Assembly (NCBI RefSeq): GCF_009914755.1
Contig: NC_060933.1
Direction: 5' to 3' (one strand)
DNA: 64,000 nucleotides
Origin: the human T2T-CHM13v2.0 reference genome, Homo sapiens
A model generated the notes under the pieces. That model did no database searches. It saw nothing but the letters and a program-made list of their open reading frames with translations, and was not told the DNA's origin. This document shows, piece by piece, positions 1 to 20,786 of this stretch. A program made the position numbers and the translations under genes. Numbering within the stretch: the first letter of the stretch is position 1; each line of letters starts with the position of its first letter.

Positions 1-305
1 ATTAGGGTGGGAAGGCCAGCTTCTTCATGCACTATGCAAATGGCACACCTGGTCCAACCAGTCTTTCATTCCCTACGTAAATCAAACGCCACTTCCTCAA
101 GCTCATCTATAAAACCCTGTGCGTTTCACCGCAGAACTGGCAACCCATTTTCTCTGGGACCCCTTTCTCTGCACAGATAGCTCTTCTCTTTCGTTTGCCT
201 ATTAAACTTCTGCTCTTAACCTCACTGTGGTGTGTCGCGTCCTAGTTTTCCATGGCTGTGGGACAATGAACCTCAGGTATTACCCCAGATAATGATGCCG
301 CTACA
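1..305 (+). mobile_element. ERV1 LTR, MER41-like, 3' part
   Basis: TATA-like ctataaaa, attaaa polyA-like signal, and terminus gtattaccccagataatgatgccgctaca resembling MER41-family LTR ends; subfamily from memory. Confidence 0.6.
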
Positions 306-699
306 CTATGTGCTACATTTCCACATAAGCTGGCGATATGGAGTCCGTGTCAGTGCTCTGCTCACAGTCCTGTGCTTGCGTGCATTTCCTCCCCCGGGTG
401 CTTTCCTTCCAGCAGCCACGCCTGCATTTCTCAGAGGACCCCCTTGAAGGCTGCCATTCCCACGTTTCCTGCTCTCCTGGAGAGTTGGAAGTATCTGAGA
501 ATGTATCTTCTCCTGGGCAGTACTTACCAGTGTGGATTACTGATGGTAGCTGGGATATAAATATTGCAGCTTCCTTGCCCTACTTAGCAAGACAACTCTG
601 AGGGGTGAACTTCACCATACTCTCTGCAATTCTGAGTCAATGGTACTATCTGCAAATTCTTTTACACTCATCAAAAGGCATATCTTTGTGGCAGCTTCT

Positions 700-1012
700 A
701 TAAGAGAATACAGCTGCCATGTAGAAAGATCATGTGAGAACCACATAGAAGGGGAAAGAGATGACTAAGGGGCCCCAGCTGCCCCAGTCCCTGGCTGTTT
801 GAGTCTTACTAGTCCAGGTACCAGACGTGTGAGGGACGACACCTTCGAGGTGGCTCCAGTTCCAGCCACCATCTGGTTACCACCACTGAGAGACCCTGAG
901 TGAGGTATGCCTAGCTAAGCCCAGATGACACCCAAATGTGTGGGCAAAAATAAACGATTGTTATTGTTCTAAGCCACTGTTTTGGGATTGTTATATTTTG
1001 GGATAACTGGAA
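700..1012 (+). mobile_element. MaLR LTR fragment (old MLT1)
   Basis: Typical MLT1 3' end: aataaa...ttgttctaagccactgttttggg...gataactggaa. Confidence 0.55.
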
Positions 1013-3255
1013 GGAATACACCGTGGGACTTTGCTTGATTTGGAACTTTTGCTTGGCCTCTGTATCAGTTTCCTAGGGCTGCTGTAACACACGATCACAA
1101 ACTGGGTGCCTTGAAACAGCAGAAATTTATTCTGTCACATTTCTGGAGGCCAGATGTACAAAATTAAGGTGTTGACAGGGCTATACTCCCTCCAAAGGCT
1201 CTGGGGGGAGAAGACTTTTTTTGCCTCTTCCAGCGAGAGCCTTAACTTAGTTACATCTGTAAAGAACCTTTTTCCAAATAGGCCATGTTCCCAGGTTCTA
1301 TTCCCTGATTCGAATGTTAACATGTCTTTTTGGGCTCTACCATTTAACCTACTATAGTCCAACCTCTGGCCTTCCAAATTCACATCTGCCTCATGTGCAA
1401 AATACATTCATTCCGTCTCAACATCTCCAAAAGTCTTAACTCTCACCTAAATATCATAAAAATTAATTCAAAGAGTCTCAAATATTCACATATAAATAAT
1501 CAGGTGTAGGTGAGTCTATGGGTATGAGCTATGCAAGGGCAAAATTCCTCTGCATCTATTGACTAGTGAGACTAGAAAAGAAGTTACCTGCTTCGAAAAC
1601 ACAAAGGTGGGCCACGTATATGATAGACAATCTCACTGCAAAGCAGAGAAATTAGAAGGAATAAAAGGGTCATCAATCCCAAGCAAGTTAGAAATCCAAC
1701 AAGGCAAAGTCATTTGGTTTCAAGGTCTGGGAATAATCCTCTGTGGCTTGAAGCTGTGTCTTTTGGGCTCATGGCTTCATAGGCCTCTTTGCTCATGGCA
1801 ACTTGGTAGGTCTCTGCTCTTGAACATTCAGCCTCTACCCCTGTGCCCATGACCCTGTCCTCATAGTGATTCTTCCTTTTTCTTGAAGGGCAGCACATGC
1901 TGATACCTGAGTAGTTCTATCAGTCCTCTTCTTGCCTGAAGAATTGTGCATATCTGACAGCCTCTCTTTCACTTTGTCCTGTCTCAGCCCCTTCAGGCCA
2001 AGCTGACAGTGTTTCTTCTGGTACAACCTTCTCAAGAACTTTTGAGGCTCCCATGTATGTCACAGGGATCCATGCCATTAGATAAAAGAACCCCCACAGA
2101 TCTTTCCTGGATAACGCTGGATCTATCCTTGGATCCGTGAGATAATTGAGGGATCCATCAGTTGTATAGCAGATCTCTTCAGCACAATATTGTCTAGGCA
2201 CACCCTCGGCCCTGTATCCAGAGTACACTTTCCCAACAGTGAGTTTCCCAATTTTAGCATCTTTTGCAATCTGAATAGGCCAAGAAGCTCCCAATCATCA
2301 AGTGTTGTTTCTTTTTGCTTAACAGCTCCTTCCTCAATTTGCTTATTTCCTTTTCTGTTTCATTACAAACAGCATGAAGAAACCAGGCTGCATCTTCAAC
2401 ACTTTGCTTAGAAATCTCCTCAGCTAAATATCCAAGTTCATTGCCTACAAATTCTGCTGTCCACCTAAGGACACAATTCATCCAAGTTATTTGCCACTGT
2501 GTCACAAGGATCACTTTGCCTTCAGTTTCCAGTAACATGTTCCTCATTTCCTTCTTAGCCTTCAACATAAACCACTTTTAACATCTGTATTTCTACTAAC
2601 ACTCTGCTCATGATGAGATATACATTTCTAAGATGATGGAAGAATTCTCTACCATGCTCTTCACTTCCTTCTGTTCCCTCACCAGAATTGTCTTTAAAAT
2701 CCATAACTCCACTAACAGTCTCTTCAAGAAATTCTATGACTTTTCTCTCAAGTACCTCAAAAACCATCCAACCTCTATTTATTACTCAGTTCCAAAGTCA
2801 CTTCCACAATTTGAGGTATTTATTAAAGTAGCACCCACTTCCTGGTACCAAAATCTGTATTAGTTTTCTAGGGCTCCCATAACAAATTGCCACAAACTAT
2901 GTGGCTTAAAACAGACAAAATTTTTTTCTCCAAAGTCTGGAGATCAGAAGTCCAACATCATGGTATTGACAGAGCCACTCTCTTTCTGAAGGCTCTAGGA
3001 GAGAATCATTCTTTCCCCTTCCAGGTCCTGGTGGCTCCAGGAATTCTTGGCTTGTGGCAGCATCACTGTAATTTCTACCTTAATCTTTTCATGGCCATCT
3101 CTTCCTGTATGTGTCTCTCCTCTGTGTCTCTTATAAAGTCACTTCTCATTAGATTTAGGGCCCACCTGGATAATTCAGGATGATCTCATCTTGAGATCCT
3201 TCATTACATCTGTTAGGACCCTTCCACCAAATAAGGTCACATTGACATGCTCTGG

Positions 3256-4025
<770 letters not shown>

Positions 4026-4284
4026 TGGAGATTAGGACATAGGCATGCCTTTTTGAGATCCACCATTCAACTCACTCCAGTGGCCTTCCCTTCCTCATCC
4101 CAACTCCCCTCTCTTTTATCATTTTTTTCTTGAGAATGCTCACTAATAAATTACTTTTACACAAATCCTTGTTTTGTGGTCTGCTTCTGGGGAAACAAAC
4201 CTAATAGGATTTATATCTGGAGTCTATATTTGATTCCATTAGTCTATTTGTTTGTACCATACCAATACAATATTGCTTTAAAAA

Positions 4285-5000
4285 TTATTTATTCCGAGAT
4301 ATTTTTAGATTCATATGCAGTTGTAAGAAATAATTCAGAAATAGCACATGTACTCTTTACCTTCAATGTCATCAATATCCAGTTTTCCCCAGTGTTAACA
4401 TCTTGCAAAACTATAGTACAATATCACAACCAGGATATTGACATTGACAGTCAAGATACAGAATCATTCATTTACCACAAGGATCTCTCGTGTTGTCTTT
4501 TTACCACTACACCAAGTTCCCTTCCTCTCCCTGCCTTTATTCGTTGGTCCATGTCATCCACTAACCTTCTCTTCATTTCTATAGTTCTGGGTTTCTAGAA
4601 TGTTATGTAAATGGAATCATACAATAAGAGACCTTTCGGGATTAACTTTTTTCATTGAGCATAATTCCCTACAGATTCATCCAGGAAGCTGCATGGAATA
4701 CTAGTTTGTTCCTTTTGATGGCCATGTGGCATTCCATAGTATGAGTGTACCACAGTTTGTTTAGCTATTCATGTGCTGAAGGACATTTGGGTAGTTTGCA
4801 GTTTTAGGCTGTCATGAATAAAAGATGCTATCAACATTTGTGTACAGATTTTTGTGTGAACATCAATTTTCATTTTTCTGGGATACTTGCCCAGGATTGC
4901 CATTGGTGGATCACAGGGTAGTTTTATAAAAAATGCCCAAACTATTTTCCAGAGTGGCTGCATCATTTTGCATTCCCACCAGCAACATATGAGATGTTGA
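4285..5000 (-). mobile_element. Old L1 3' fragment
   Basis: Motifs gtaccacagtttgttt, ggacatttgggtagtttgcagtttt and ttgcattcccaccagcaa are typical of reverse L1M 3' ends. Confidence 0.6.
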
Positions 5001-5399
5001 GATGATGCCAGCCGGGGCCCCAGGTGGACTACAGCTCCTGTTACAGTGGTAACAGGACACACAGGCTTTATACTCAGCACTGCGCCAGCATGCCTCCCAT
5101 TCCAAGGTGCTGCTTTGAATCCCCTCTTCCCAGCCTAAAGTTTGAAGCTGTTTCTGGAGGTGTAAACTGACTACTTTCCCACTGCTAGCTCGAATACAAT
5201 CACTTTCCTATCCCTGTACTTCATCCTTGTTACTGGCTGTACAAGCTGCAAGCAGCCAGGCCTGTGCTAGGTTACGGTGAGAACTTAAAGACTCCAGATG
5301 AGATCACCTAAGGAAGGAATGGGGAGAGAAGAGGCTCAAGCCTGAGCACCCGGGCACGGCCAGCCAATGGGACTGAATGGGAACATTGGGAAGGTCTGA

Positions 5400-6235
<836 letters not shown>

Positions 6236-6759
6236 GAAAACGAGGAGAGAGCTCTGGGACAATGGAGTGGCCATCTGGTTGAGCAGTGCTAAAAGGCCAA
6301 GAGGTAGACAAAGAACTGACCACGCCTTTAGCAATGCGGGCATCTCAGATGACCTCAGTGAGAGCAGTTTTGGTGGAGTGGTGGAGATGATGACCTGGTT
6401 GGGGGGGCAGTAGGAAAACCGGGGGGAGAAAAACTGAATGTAACGCATATAAAACAACATCACTTGCTCCTCTGAGGATGCAATTATACTTACCTCAGTG
6501 TTTCCAAGTATTTGATTTATTAACTGTCTTCAGGAGTATTAGTTCTCATTCAGGTATTGATTTTCTATAACTTCTTGGTAATATCTGGGTACACATATTT
6601 TTAATTTTTATTTGCATTTATTTTATGCTGAATTTCTTCCCTGGCCATAACCTTCTGTTTCTTTGGTCTCTTCTGAGATATCCTTTCATTCTTTGCAAAC
6701 TCCTCTTCTGGTTTAGGAACAATTTTTTTTTCAGTAAGCGTCTGTTCAAAGGGACACTC

Positions 6760-7765
<1,006 letters not shown>

Positions 7766-8029
7766 GATGGAGATCTATGAGTTGTCTGACAAAGAATTCA
7801 AAGTAATCATCTTAAAGATGTTCAGTGAGCTACAAAGAACACACAAAATCAGGAAAACAATATATGCACTAACAAAATGAGATCAATAAACTATAATATG
7901 TAAGATGTTAGTGATCAGGTAAACTGCGTGTGAGTATATCAGCTGTATTTGCATTTTTTTTTATAAATCTAAAGATACAAAAGTTTATTTTTAATAAGTG
8001 TCAGAAACTGAAATTAAAAACCTATTGTA

Positions 8030-8150
8030 GGCTGGGCACAGTGGCTCACACCTATAATCCCAGCACTTTGGGAGGTCAAGGCTGGCAGATCATGAGGTCA
8101 AGAGATTGAAACCATCCTGGCCAACGTGGTGAAACCCTGTTTCTACTAAA
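8030..8150 (+). mobile_element. Alu left arm only
   Basis: ggctgggcacagtggctcacacc...ctactaaaa, then unrelated sequence. Confidence 0.85.
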
Positions 8151-8642
8151 AGTGGATTCTGTATTCCCTCAGCCAGAGACCTGTCAACTTAACCAGGACT
8201 CCATAGTGCCACTGGGAATTTTGGTTCATGAGAAGAGCTTATTTACTTCTAGCAGTGTCGCCATCAGCTAAAGATAAAACATGTTCTTGAAGGCAAAGCT
8301 CACACAATTTAATACTTTCCCACAACCCACTCCAATTGCCCATCAATTCTTTAGCCCCATAAAGCCCTTCCAGTTCTCCCTGAATGCTGCTCCAGGGTGG
8401 GTGCCGTCATAGGGGTCTTCTGGTCCCCTCTTAGATACTCATGTGCAGGTGGCCTGTCTGAGGAGGGCCTGAGTTGCTCAGTCTGTGCTGGAAGCTCCAC
8501 CTCAGGCCTCTGCTTATGGTCTTAGTTATTTGCTCTCACAAGCCTGTTCTTCTTGCTCATCAGACCTCCCGTGAAAAGCTCTGCTGAATGAGGCAGCACT
8601 TTGCTCTATTAAATGAGAATGTAAATGACAGCTACCTCATTA

Positions 8643-8798
<156 letters not shown>

Positions 8799-8971
8799 TC
8801 ATGCAGCTCAAGGTCATGATCTGAAATGAAACAAACAAAAGTCTATCCACAAATCTAAAGCCATCTTTTAGAATTTAACACTTTACTATTGTTACACATT
8901 GTATATAATCCTTATGTATAAATGTTGGTTGCACTTTTTGCTGTTTTACTTTAGGTTTTTCTCTTGCTGGT

Positions 8972-9660
<689 letters not shown>

Positions 9661-9944
9661 CTGGTAAAAGGTCATCATATTAGGTCATTTTCTTCTATGT
9701 CAGTATTCCTTCTATGTCAGTGGGAGATTTGCAATGCCTTTTCTTATTGGCAATATGTTGTGAGTATTTATCTTGACTTGGGCCATATTATCAACCTCTT
9801 ACTTCTTGGTATTTTCCTTCCCATTATCTCAACACTATGAACTCCTCCCGTATTCTGTATTGAAGGAAATTTATTTTTTTGTAGTCCAACTAACTTCCTT
9901 TATTTTTATTATGGTAAAATATACCTAAAATTTACCATTTTGAT

Positions 9945-10250
9945 TTTTTTTTTTTTGAGACGAGTCTTGCTTTGTCACCCAGGCTGGAGTATGGTGGCAT
10001 GATCATAGCTCACTGTAACCTCAAAAATGTCAAACTTCTGGACATAAGCAGTTTTCCCTGTCTCAGACCCCTGAGTATCTCGAACTATAGACATATGTCA
10101 CCACAGCCAGCTAAATTTTTTTTTTTTTTTTTTGTAGAGACAGGGTCTTGCTATGTTGCCTAGGCTGGTCTCAAACTCCTGACCAAAAGTAATCCTCCTG
10201 CCTAAGCCTCCCAAAGTGCTGGAATTACAAGTGCGAACCACTGGGTCAGC
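9945..10250 (-). mobile_element. AluJ-like
   Basis: PolyT followed by a diverged reverse Alu. Confidence 0.85.
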
Positions 10251-10254
10251 CTTT

Positions 10255-14877
<4,623 letters not shown>

Positions 14878-15858
14878 TCAGGCAGAACTATGAGGCCAAG
14901 AGTGCTCATGCGCACCAGGCTTTCTTTTTGGAATTCAAGGTGAGGCCTTTACCACCCGTGAGCTCAGAGGAGGGAAGACTGGGACCTGTCTGAAGGTCTG
15001 GAGGGAACTCCCAGTTGCACACTTGCCCCCACTGCCCCTTTCCTGGCATGGGGTGAGATCGGTCTACTTCAGCAACCAGTGCCTGCCCTTGATCCCTGCA
15101 GGAGCTGAAGGAGGTGAGCAAGGAGCAGCCCAGACTGGAGGCTGAGTACCCTGCCAACACCACCAAGAACTGTTAACCACATGTGCTACCCTGTGAGTGC
15201 TGGGGGCAGGAAAGGAGGCATGGCAGAGGGCTAGGGCTTGGCATGGGAGCAGGGGGCTTCATGTGCCCAACCCTGAATGCACAGCTTTCACTCTCTGCAG
15301 ATGACCACTCCAGGGTCAGGCTGACCCAGCTGGAGGGAGAGCCTCATTCTGACTACATCAATGCCAACTTGGTCCCAGTAAGGGCCACCGGTGAGGCTGT
15401 CCATGGGATCTGGGATCTGCTCGGGAGATGGGCTGGTTTGCAGGCCACACTTGCCTTCATTAGCTGTAACAGCTCTCTAGGAGATCACCAGCTTGGGCTT
15501 CATGAGCTCAATCCAGCAGGTGTCTAGCAAGGGTCTACTGTGTGCTGGGCTCTGTGCTGGGCCTGCAGGAGGCAGAGCTGTTAGCCACATTCCCCACCTT
15601 CAAAGGAGCATGTAGGCATGTGTGTGACATTCACCACACACTGTGACAAGGGCTGTAATAGAGGAAAAAACACTACTCAGGGCACATGGAGGAAGGGGAA
15701 ATTTCATCCACCTGAGGAATCAAGAAAGGCTTCCCAGAGGAGGGGACATTTGATTTATTGAAGGATGAGTAACATTTTGATAAGTGATGAAAGAGGGAAG
15801 GACATTCTGTTGACTGGAAGAAGCAGCCAGAGAACAGCCAGGCAGTAACGTTCAGGCA

Positions 15859-15867
15859 GTGTGTGAG

Positions 15868-15919
<52 letters not shown>
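15859..15919. repeat. (GT)n microsatellite
   Basis: Long near-perfect gt run. Confidence 0.95.
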
Positions 15920-15920
<1 letters not shown>

Positions 15921-16582
15921 TGGGGGGTGCGTAGGGGTGAGGGAGTGGGGAGGTGCTGGGTGGTGGGAGATGTAATGGGAAAGATAGCCTGGGGCTGAAT
16001 GGGCTGAATGAAGGAGGGCTTGATTGTTAGGCTGAGGGCTTTGGACTCTATTTGGTGGGCAATTGGGAGCCATAGAAGATTTTTGAGCATGGAAGAAACG
16101 CAGTTTGGTTTTAGGAAGGTAACTCTGGGTGGGTGAAGAGGGTGGCCTAGATGGGCTATTTAACTCATGTCAGTATCTTGTTTTCATTGGGGTTTTTCTT
16201 GTCCCTTTGGGGTGGGACAGGGACGGGGGTGATGTCTCTGAAGTCAGCCCTTCTGGTTTGCATTCTGGGTGCACACGTGTTCTTGTGTGTGCACACAGGT
16301 AGGTGTGTGCACAGCATCCTCACTCCTGGAGGTCAAATGTTGGAAATCTGCTGTGTGCTTGACACCAAGCATTGCCCGTTAACCATGTTCCTGATCTCTG
16401 CCTCCTACACCCCAGGGCTACACCCGCCCACCCACAGGAGTTCATTGCCTCTCAGGGGCCTCTCAAGAAAACACTGGAGAACTTCTGGCGGCTGGTGCGG
16501 GAGCAGCAGGTCCGCATCATCATCATGCCGACCATCAGCATGGAGAACGGGAGGGTGAGTGCGCCTTGCAGGCTCCTAGAAA

Positions 16583-16599
16583 GGCCACCAGGTGGCGCA
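16583..16599 (+). promoter_or_regulatory. CTCF consensus motif
   Basis: ggccaccaggtggcgca matches the CCACCAGGTGGCGC core. Confidence 0.6.
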
Positions 16600-19500
16600 C
16601 GTTCTCCTTGTGGGGATGGCCCCGTTGGCATCTTCCCGTGGGAAGGCGGGGCAGACTGGAGTGAGGCCAATCAGGCCTGGAGGGTAGTGGAACCACCTCC
16701 CACCCAGACCTGGGATGGGGAGGCAGTGGGAGGAAACAGGTATGTAAACTCCCAGCTTGGCTTTGTTTCTACGGGCTTCTTGCCCTGGGCAGAGAAGGCA
16801 TCAAGGGGTAGGGACTGCCCAGGGCCGGTGTCAAAGGTACCATCAGGGATCCTTCCTTTCGATAAGCCTGGCAGATGCAGGGCCCTAGGACATGCAGAGA
16901 GGCTGCCGAGTCTGTCCTCTTGCTGGAGCAGTGAGCCCAGGGCCGCTGGCCGCGGAATAAGGGCTGTTCTGTTTGGCACAGGAACCTTGTGGCTGACTCA
17001 GAATCCTGAGAGTCATGAGAGGTCTGAGGGCAAGGGTGCCGGAGCCCAGGCAAGGGAGAGCAGCTCCTGGAGGAGGAAGCCTTGGAGCTGGGTCATTACA
17101 GAGAGCAGAATCCCAGCAGGGTGGCAGGGACCAGAAAGGTGGGCAGGGAGGGGTGGGACTGAGTAAAGCAGGGGGCGGCAGTGATAGGGCTGGGCCCACA
17201 GCTGCCCTTCCCCTCTCCAACCTTCTGGTCCCAGGTGCTGTGTGAGCATTACTGGCTGACCGACTCTACCCCGGACACCCATGGTCACATCACCATCCAC
17301 CTCCTAGCTGAGGAGCCTGAGGATGAGTGGACCAAGCGGGAATTCCAGCTGCAGCACGTGCGTGCCCCAAGGATGAGGGGATGGGACAGGCATTAGAGCT
17401 GAGACCCCTGAGAAGGTTGCCTCACTTCCTGGGTCCCTGGAGCCCTCTCTTTCGGAGGACCACAAGTACTCAGTCACCACCCAGGGAAGAGTGTGTTAGG
17501 GAAGGGGTAGAGAGGCACAGAGAAGATTAAGGGTTTATCTGAGGCTGCACAGTGAGGGAAAGGAAGAACAGGAGAGACATGATGGTTCCTGACCTCCCCC
17601 ATGCCAGCTCAGGGCTCTTGCCTCACCCCATGCCCCCTGTGCCCATCTTCCTTCCCAGATTGTGCACCCCTGGGGCAGGAAAGCCAGAGACCCGAATCAC
17701 TTCTCTGCCCAGGCACCCTCTATATGCAGAGGTTACCCAGGAGGCTAGAGAAGGACCTGAGGGCTCAGGAAGCATCCTGATGGGGGAGACATAGCTGCCA
17801 CCCTCAAGGAACAGTTGGTCTGCATCATCCCTGCCCTTAGGCAGCTGGGGAAGAAAGTGTGAGATCTGGGCCATGGGAACCTGGAGTTAGGAAGATAAGG
17901 AGCAGCAGCAGGGCCCCTCTGCCCCCTTGTCCCCTTCCCACCCCCTTCTTAGGTTGTCCAGCAACATCAACGGAGGGTGGAGCAACTGCAGTTCACCACC
18001 TGATCCGACCACAGCATCCTTGAGGCTCCCAGCTCCCTGCTCGCCTTTATGGAGCTGGTACAGTAGCAGGCAAGGGCCACCCAGGGCGTGGGACCCATCC
18101 TGGTGCACTGCAGGTGACAGCAGGTGAGTGCATAGGGTGGAGAGCCCCCTGCCTGGCCTGGGGGCATGGAGGGCTCTTGGACTGTGGGGAGAGCTGGGGA
18201 CATGGGCAGCCTCTTCACCCATTCAGCTCCTCAGGGGCTGTCCCTGCGGTGTGGGCATGGGCCGGACAGGCACCTTCGTGGCCCTGTCGAGGCTGCTGCA
18301 GCAGCTGGAGGAGGAGCAGATGGTAGACGTGTTCCATGCTGTGTATGCACTCCGGATGCACCAGCCCCTCATGATCCAGACCCTGGTGAGGGCCCTGCAG
18401 GCTGGGCTGGGCAGCTGGGACCCTGAAGGAGTGGGAGGGAGGTGGGTGGCCACAGGGCTACAGGAGGGACCAGGAAAGAGAGCTCATGGGGCACACAGAA
18501 GACCTTGGGGAGAGGGTTTCAGACACATCACCATCCTACCTGGGCTGTGCTTTCTATTCTGTGAAAGGGGAGGTGGGACAGGATCCTGTCAGCTTTGACA
18601 CCATGGGACGGTGGAGGGAAGGTTTCTCAGTGGCTCCCTCTGCCCTCCTACCTGATCCCTGCCTTGCTGGTCAGGGCCTGAAAAATCTCCCTGCAGGCCC
18701 CCCTCGCTCCTCGCTGAGCAGCCTGATGCCTTTTCCCCTGGCAGAGCCAGTACGTCTTCCTGCACAGCTGCCTACTGAACAAGATTCTGGAAGGACCCTT
18801 CAACATCTCTGAGTAAGTCCCAGCTTCCCTGTGCCTCCCACAGGCAGGCTCCCTGCTCCTGTTCGTGGGCAGAGCTGAGCGGACTAGAACGGGGAGCTGG
18901 GGAACCTTGAGTGCCTTCTCCCTCTCCAACCCCCCCACCAGGTCTTGGCCCATCTCTGTGACGGACCTCCCGCAGGCGTGTGCCAAGAGGGCAGCCAGTG
19001 CCAATGCTGGCTTCTTGAAGGAGTATGAGGTACACTTCAGGCCGGGAAGTGGGTGACAGCCAAGGGCAGCCTTCCCCTGCTGAGCCAACCCTGCAGTGAG
19101 ACCTCCCAGCCTCAGGGCACCCATCTCCTTCCCAGCTCTTGCTGCAGGCCATCAAGGACGAGGCTGGCTCTTCCGCACCCCCGCCTGGCTATGAGCAGGA
19201 CAGCCCCGTCTCCTGTGAGTCTCACTGTGGACCCTGTGGAGGGGCAGGGGGCCAGCGTGGGCTGGGGACCTCTGGCAGCTTCACCCTCACTGTCTTCCCT
19301 CAGATGACCGTTCTCAGGGGCAGTTTTCTCCGGTGGAGGAGAGCCCCCCTGACGACATGCCCGAAGCCTGGCTCTTCCCTGTGAGATGATGCTGGTTTTG
19401 CCACTGTTTCCTGCCCTCTCTGACCACCTGTACTTCCCGGGCTGGGGCTGCTGGGGGCTCCCAGAGTTGTGGACTGGGCAGGGGGCACCTTCAGTCTCTG

Positions 19501-20770
19501 GAAGCCAATGATCTGTGCTCTGCAGGGTGGGCCCTCTGGCCGTGATCATACGGTGCTGACTGGCCCCGCAGGGCCAAAGGAGCTCTGGGAGCTGGTGTGG
19601 CAGCACAGGGCTCATGTGCTTGTCTCTCTTTGCCCACCCAATGTCATGGAGAAGGTGACAGAGCAGAGGACAGAGGAAGGGAGGCTCAGGAGTTAGGGGT
19701 GAGGATGGAGGCGGGTAGTTTGTGGTGCTGTCTGTGACCAGGGCAGGGGCAGAGATCTCAGGAAGTTGACTGAGCAGCCCTAACTTGGTCCCAGCCATAG
19801 GAATTCTGGCCAACGGAGATGCAGCCCGTAGTCACAGACATGGTGACGGTGCACTGGGTGGCTGAGAGCAGCACAGCAGGCTGGTTCTGTACCCTCCTCA
19901 AGGTCACACATGTAGGTGCTGGGGCCACAGGGCATGGGGTGTTGCATGGGGAAGAGTCCTGTGTGGGCTTCCTCTGCCCTCTCCAGCACCAATGCTGATC
20001 ATGTCTTTGCCACAGGGGGAGAGCAGGAAGGAAAGGGAGGTGCAGAGACTGCAATTTCCACACCTGGAGCCTGGGCATGAGCTGCCCGCCACCACCCTGC
20101 TGCCCTTCCTGGCTGCTGTGGGCCAGTGCTGCTCTCGGGGCAACAACAAGAAGCCGGGCACACTGCTCAGCCACTCCAAGTGTTGTTGGACAATGGTCTT
20201 GGGGGAGTGGACAATGGTCTTGGGGGAGCGGACACTGGAAGCCCCTCCCTGCCCTTCTGGCATAGCCTCAGATCTCCCTGGGCCCTGCTTGGGTTATGGG
20301 TCAAAAGGACACAGTCTCACAATGCCCCTGTCTTCTCCACACCCTACCCTGTCCTCAGGAATATGGTGGGAATTTACCGCCTCCCTCCCTAGGTCCAGGC
20401 TGGCCGGCTGACCAAGTGTCCGGTGTCCCTTCTCAGTCCCTGCGCCCAGGTTGGGTTTTCCCACATCCGTGGACACCCCCGCCACACCCCCTTTAGGTAC
20501 CTCATCCACCTCTAGGTCAGTTGCAGCAAGGGTGCAACCCAGCTGGGCACCTTCCTGGCCATGGAGCAGCTGCTGCAGCAGGCAGGGTCTGAGTGCACCG
20601 TGGATATCTTTAACGTGGCCCTGCAGCAGTCTCAGGCCTGTGGCCTTATGACCCCAACACTGGTGAGAGGCGACCAGGGGCGACCGGGCTGGCGTGGGGG
20701 CTCAGCTGTGGGAAGGGGCGGGGGGATGAGGGAGCTTCTGCCCAGGCCTCTAGGCAGCACCACCTGGGTA

Positions 20771-20786
20771 GCCACCAGGTGGCGCT
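20771..20786 (+). promoter_or_regulatory. CTCF consensus motif
   Basis: gccaccaggtggcgct. Confidence 0.6.

Noticed and set aside
16372-17166. 264-aa ORF, the longest in the track
   Set aside because: Only ~40 codons are PTP exon; the rest is GC-rich intron read-through
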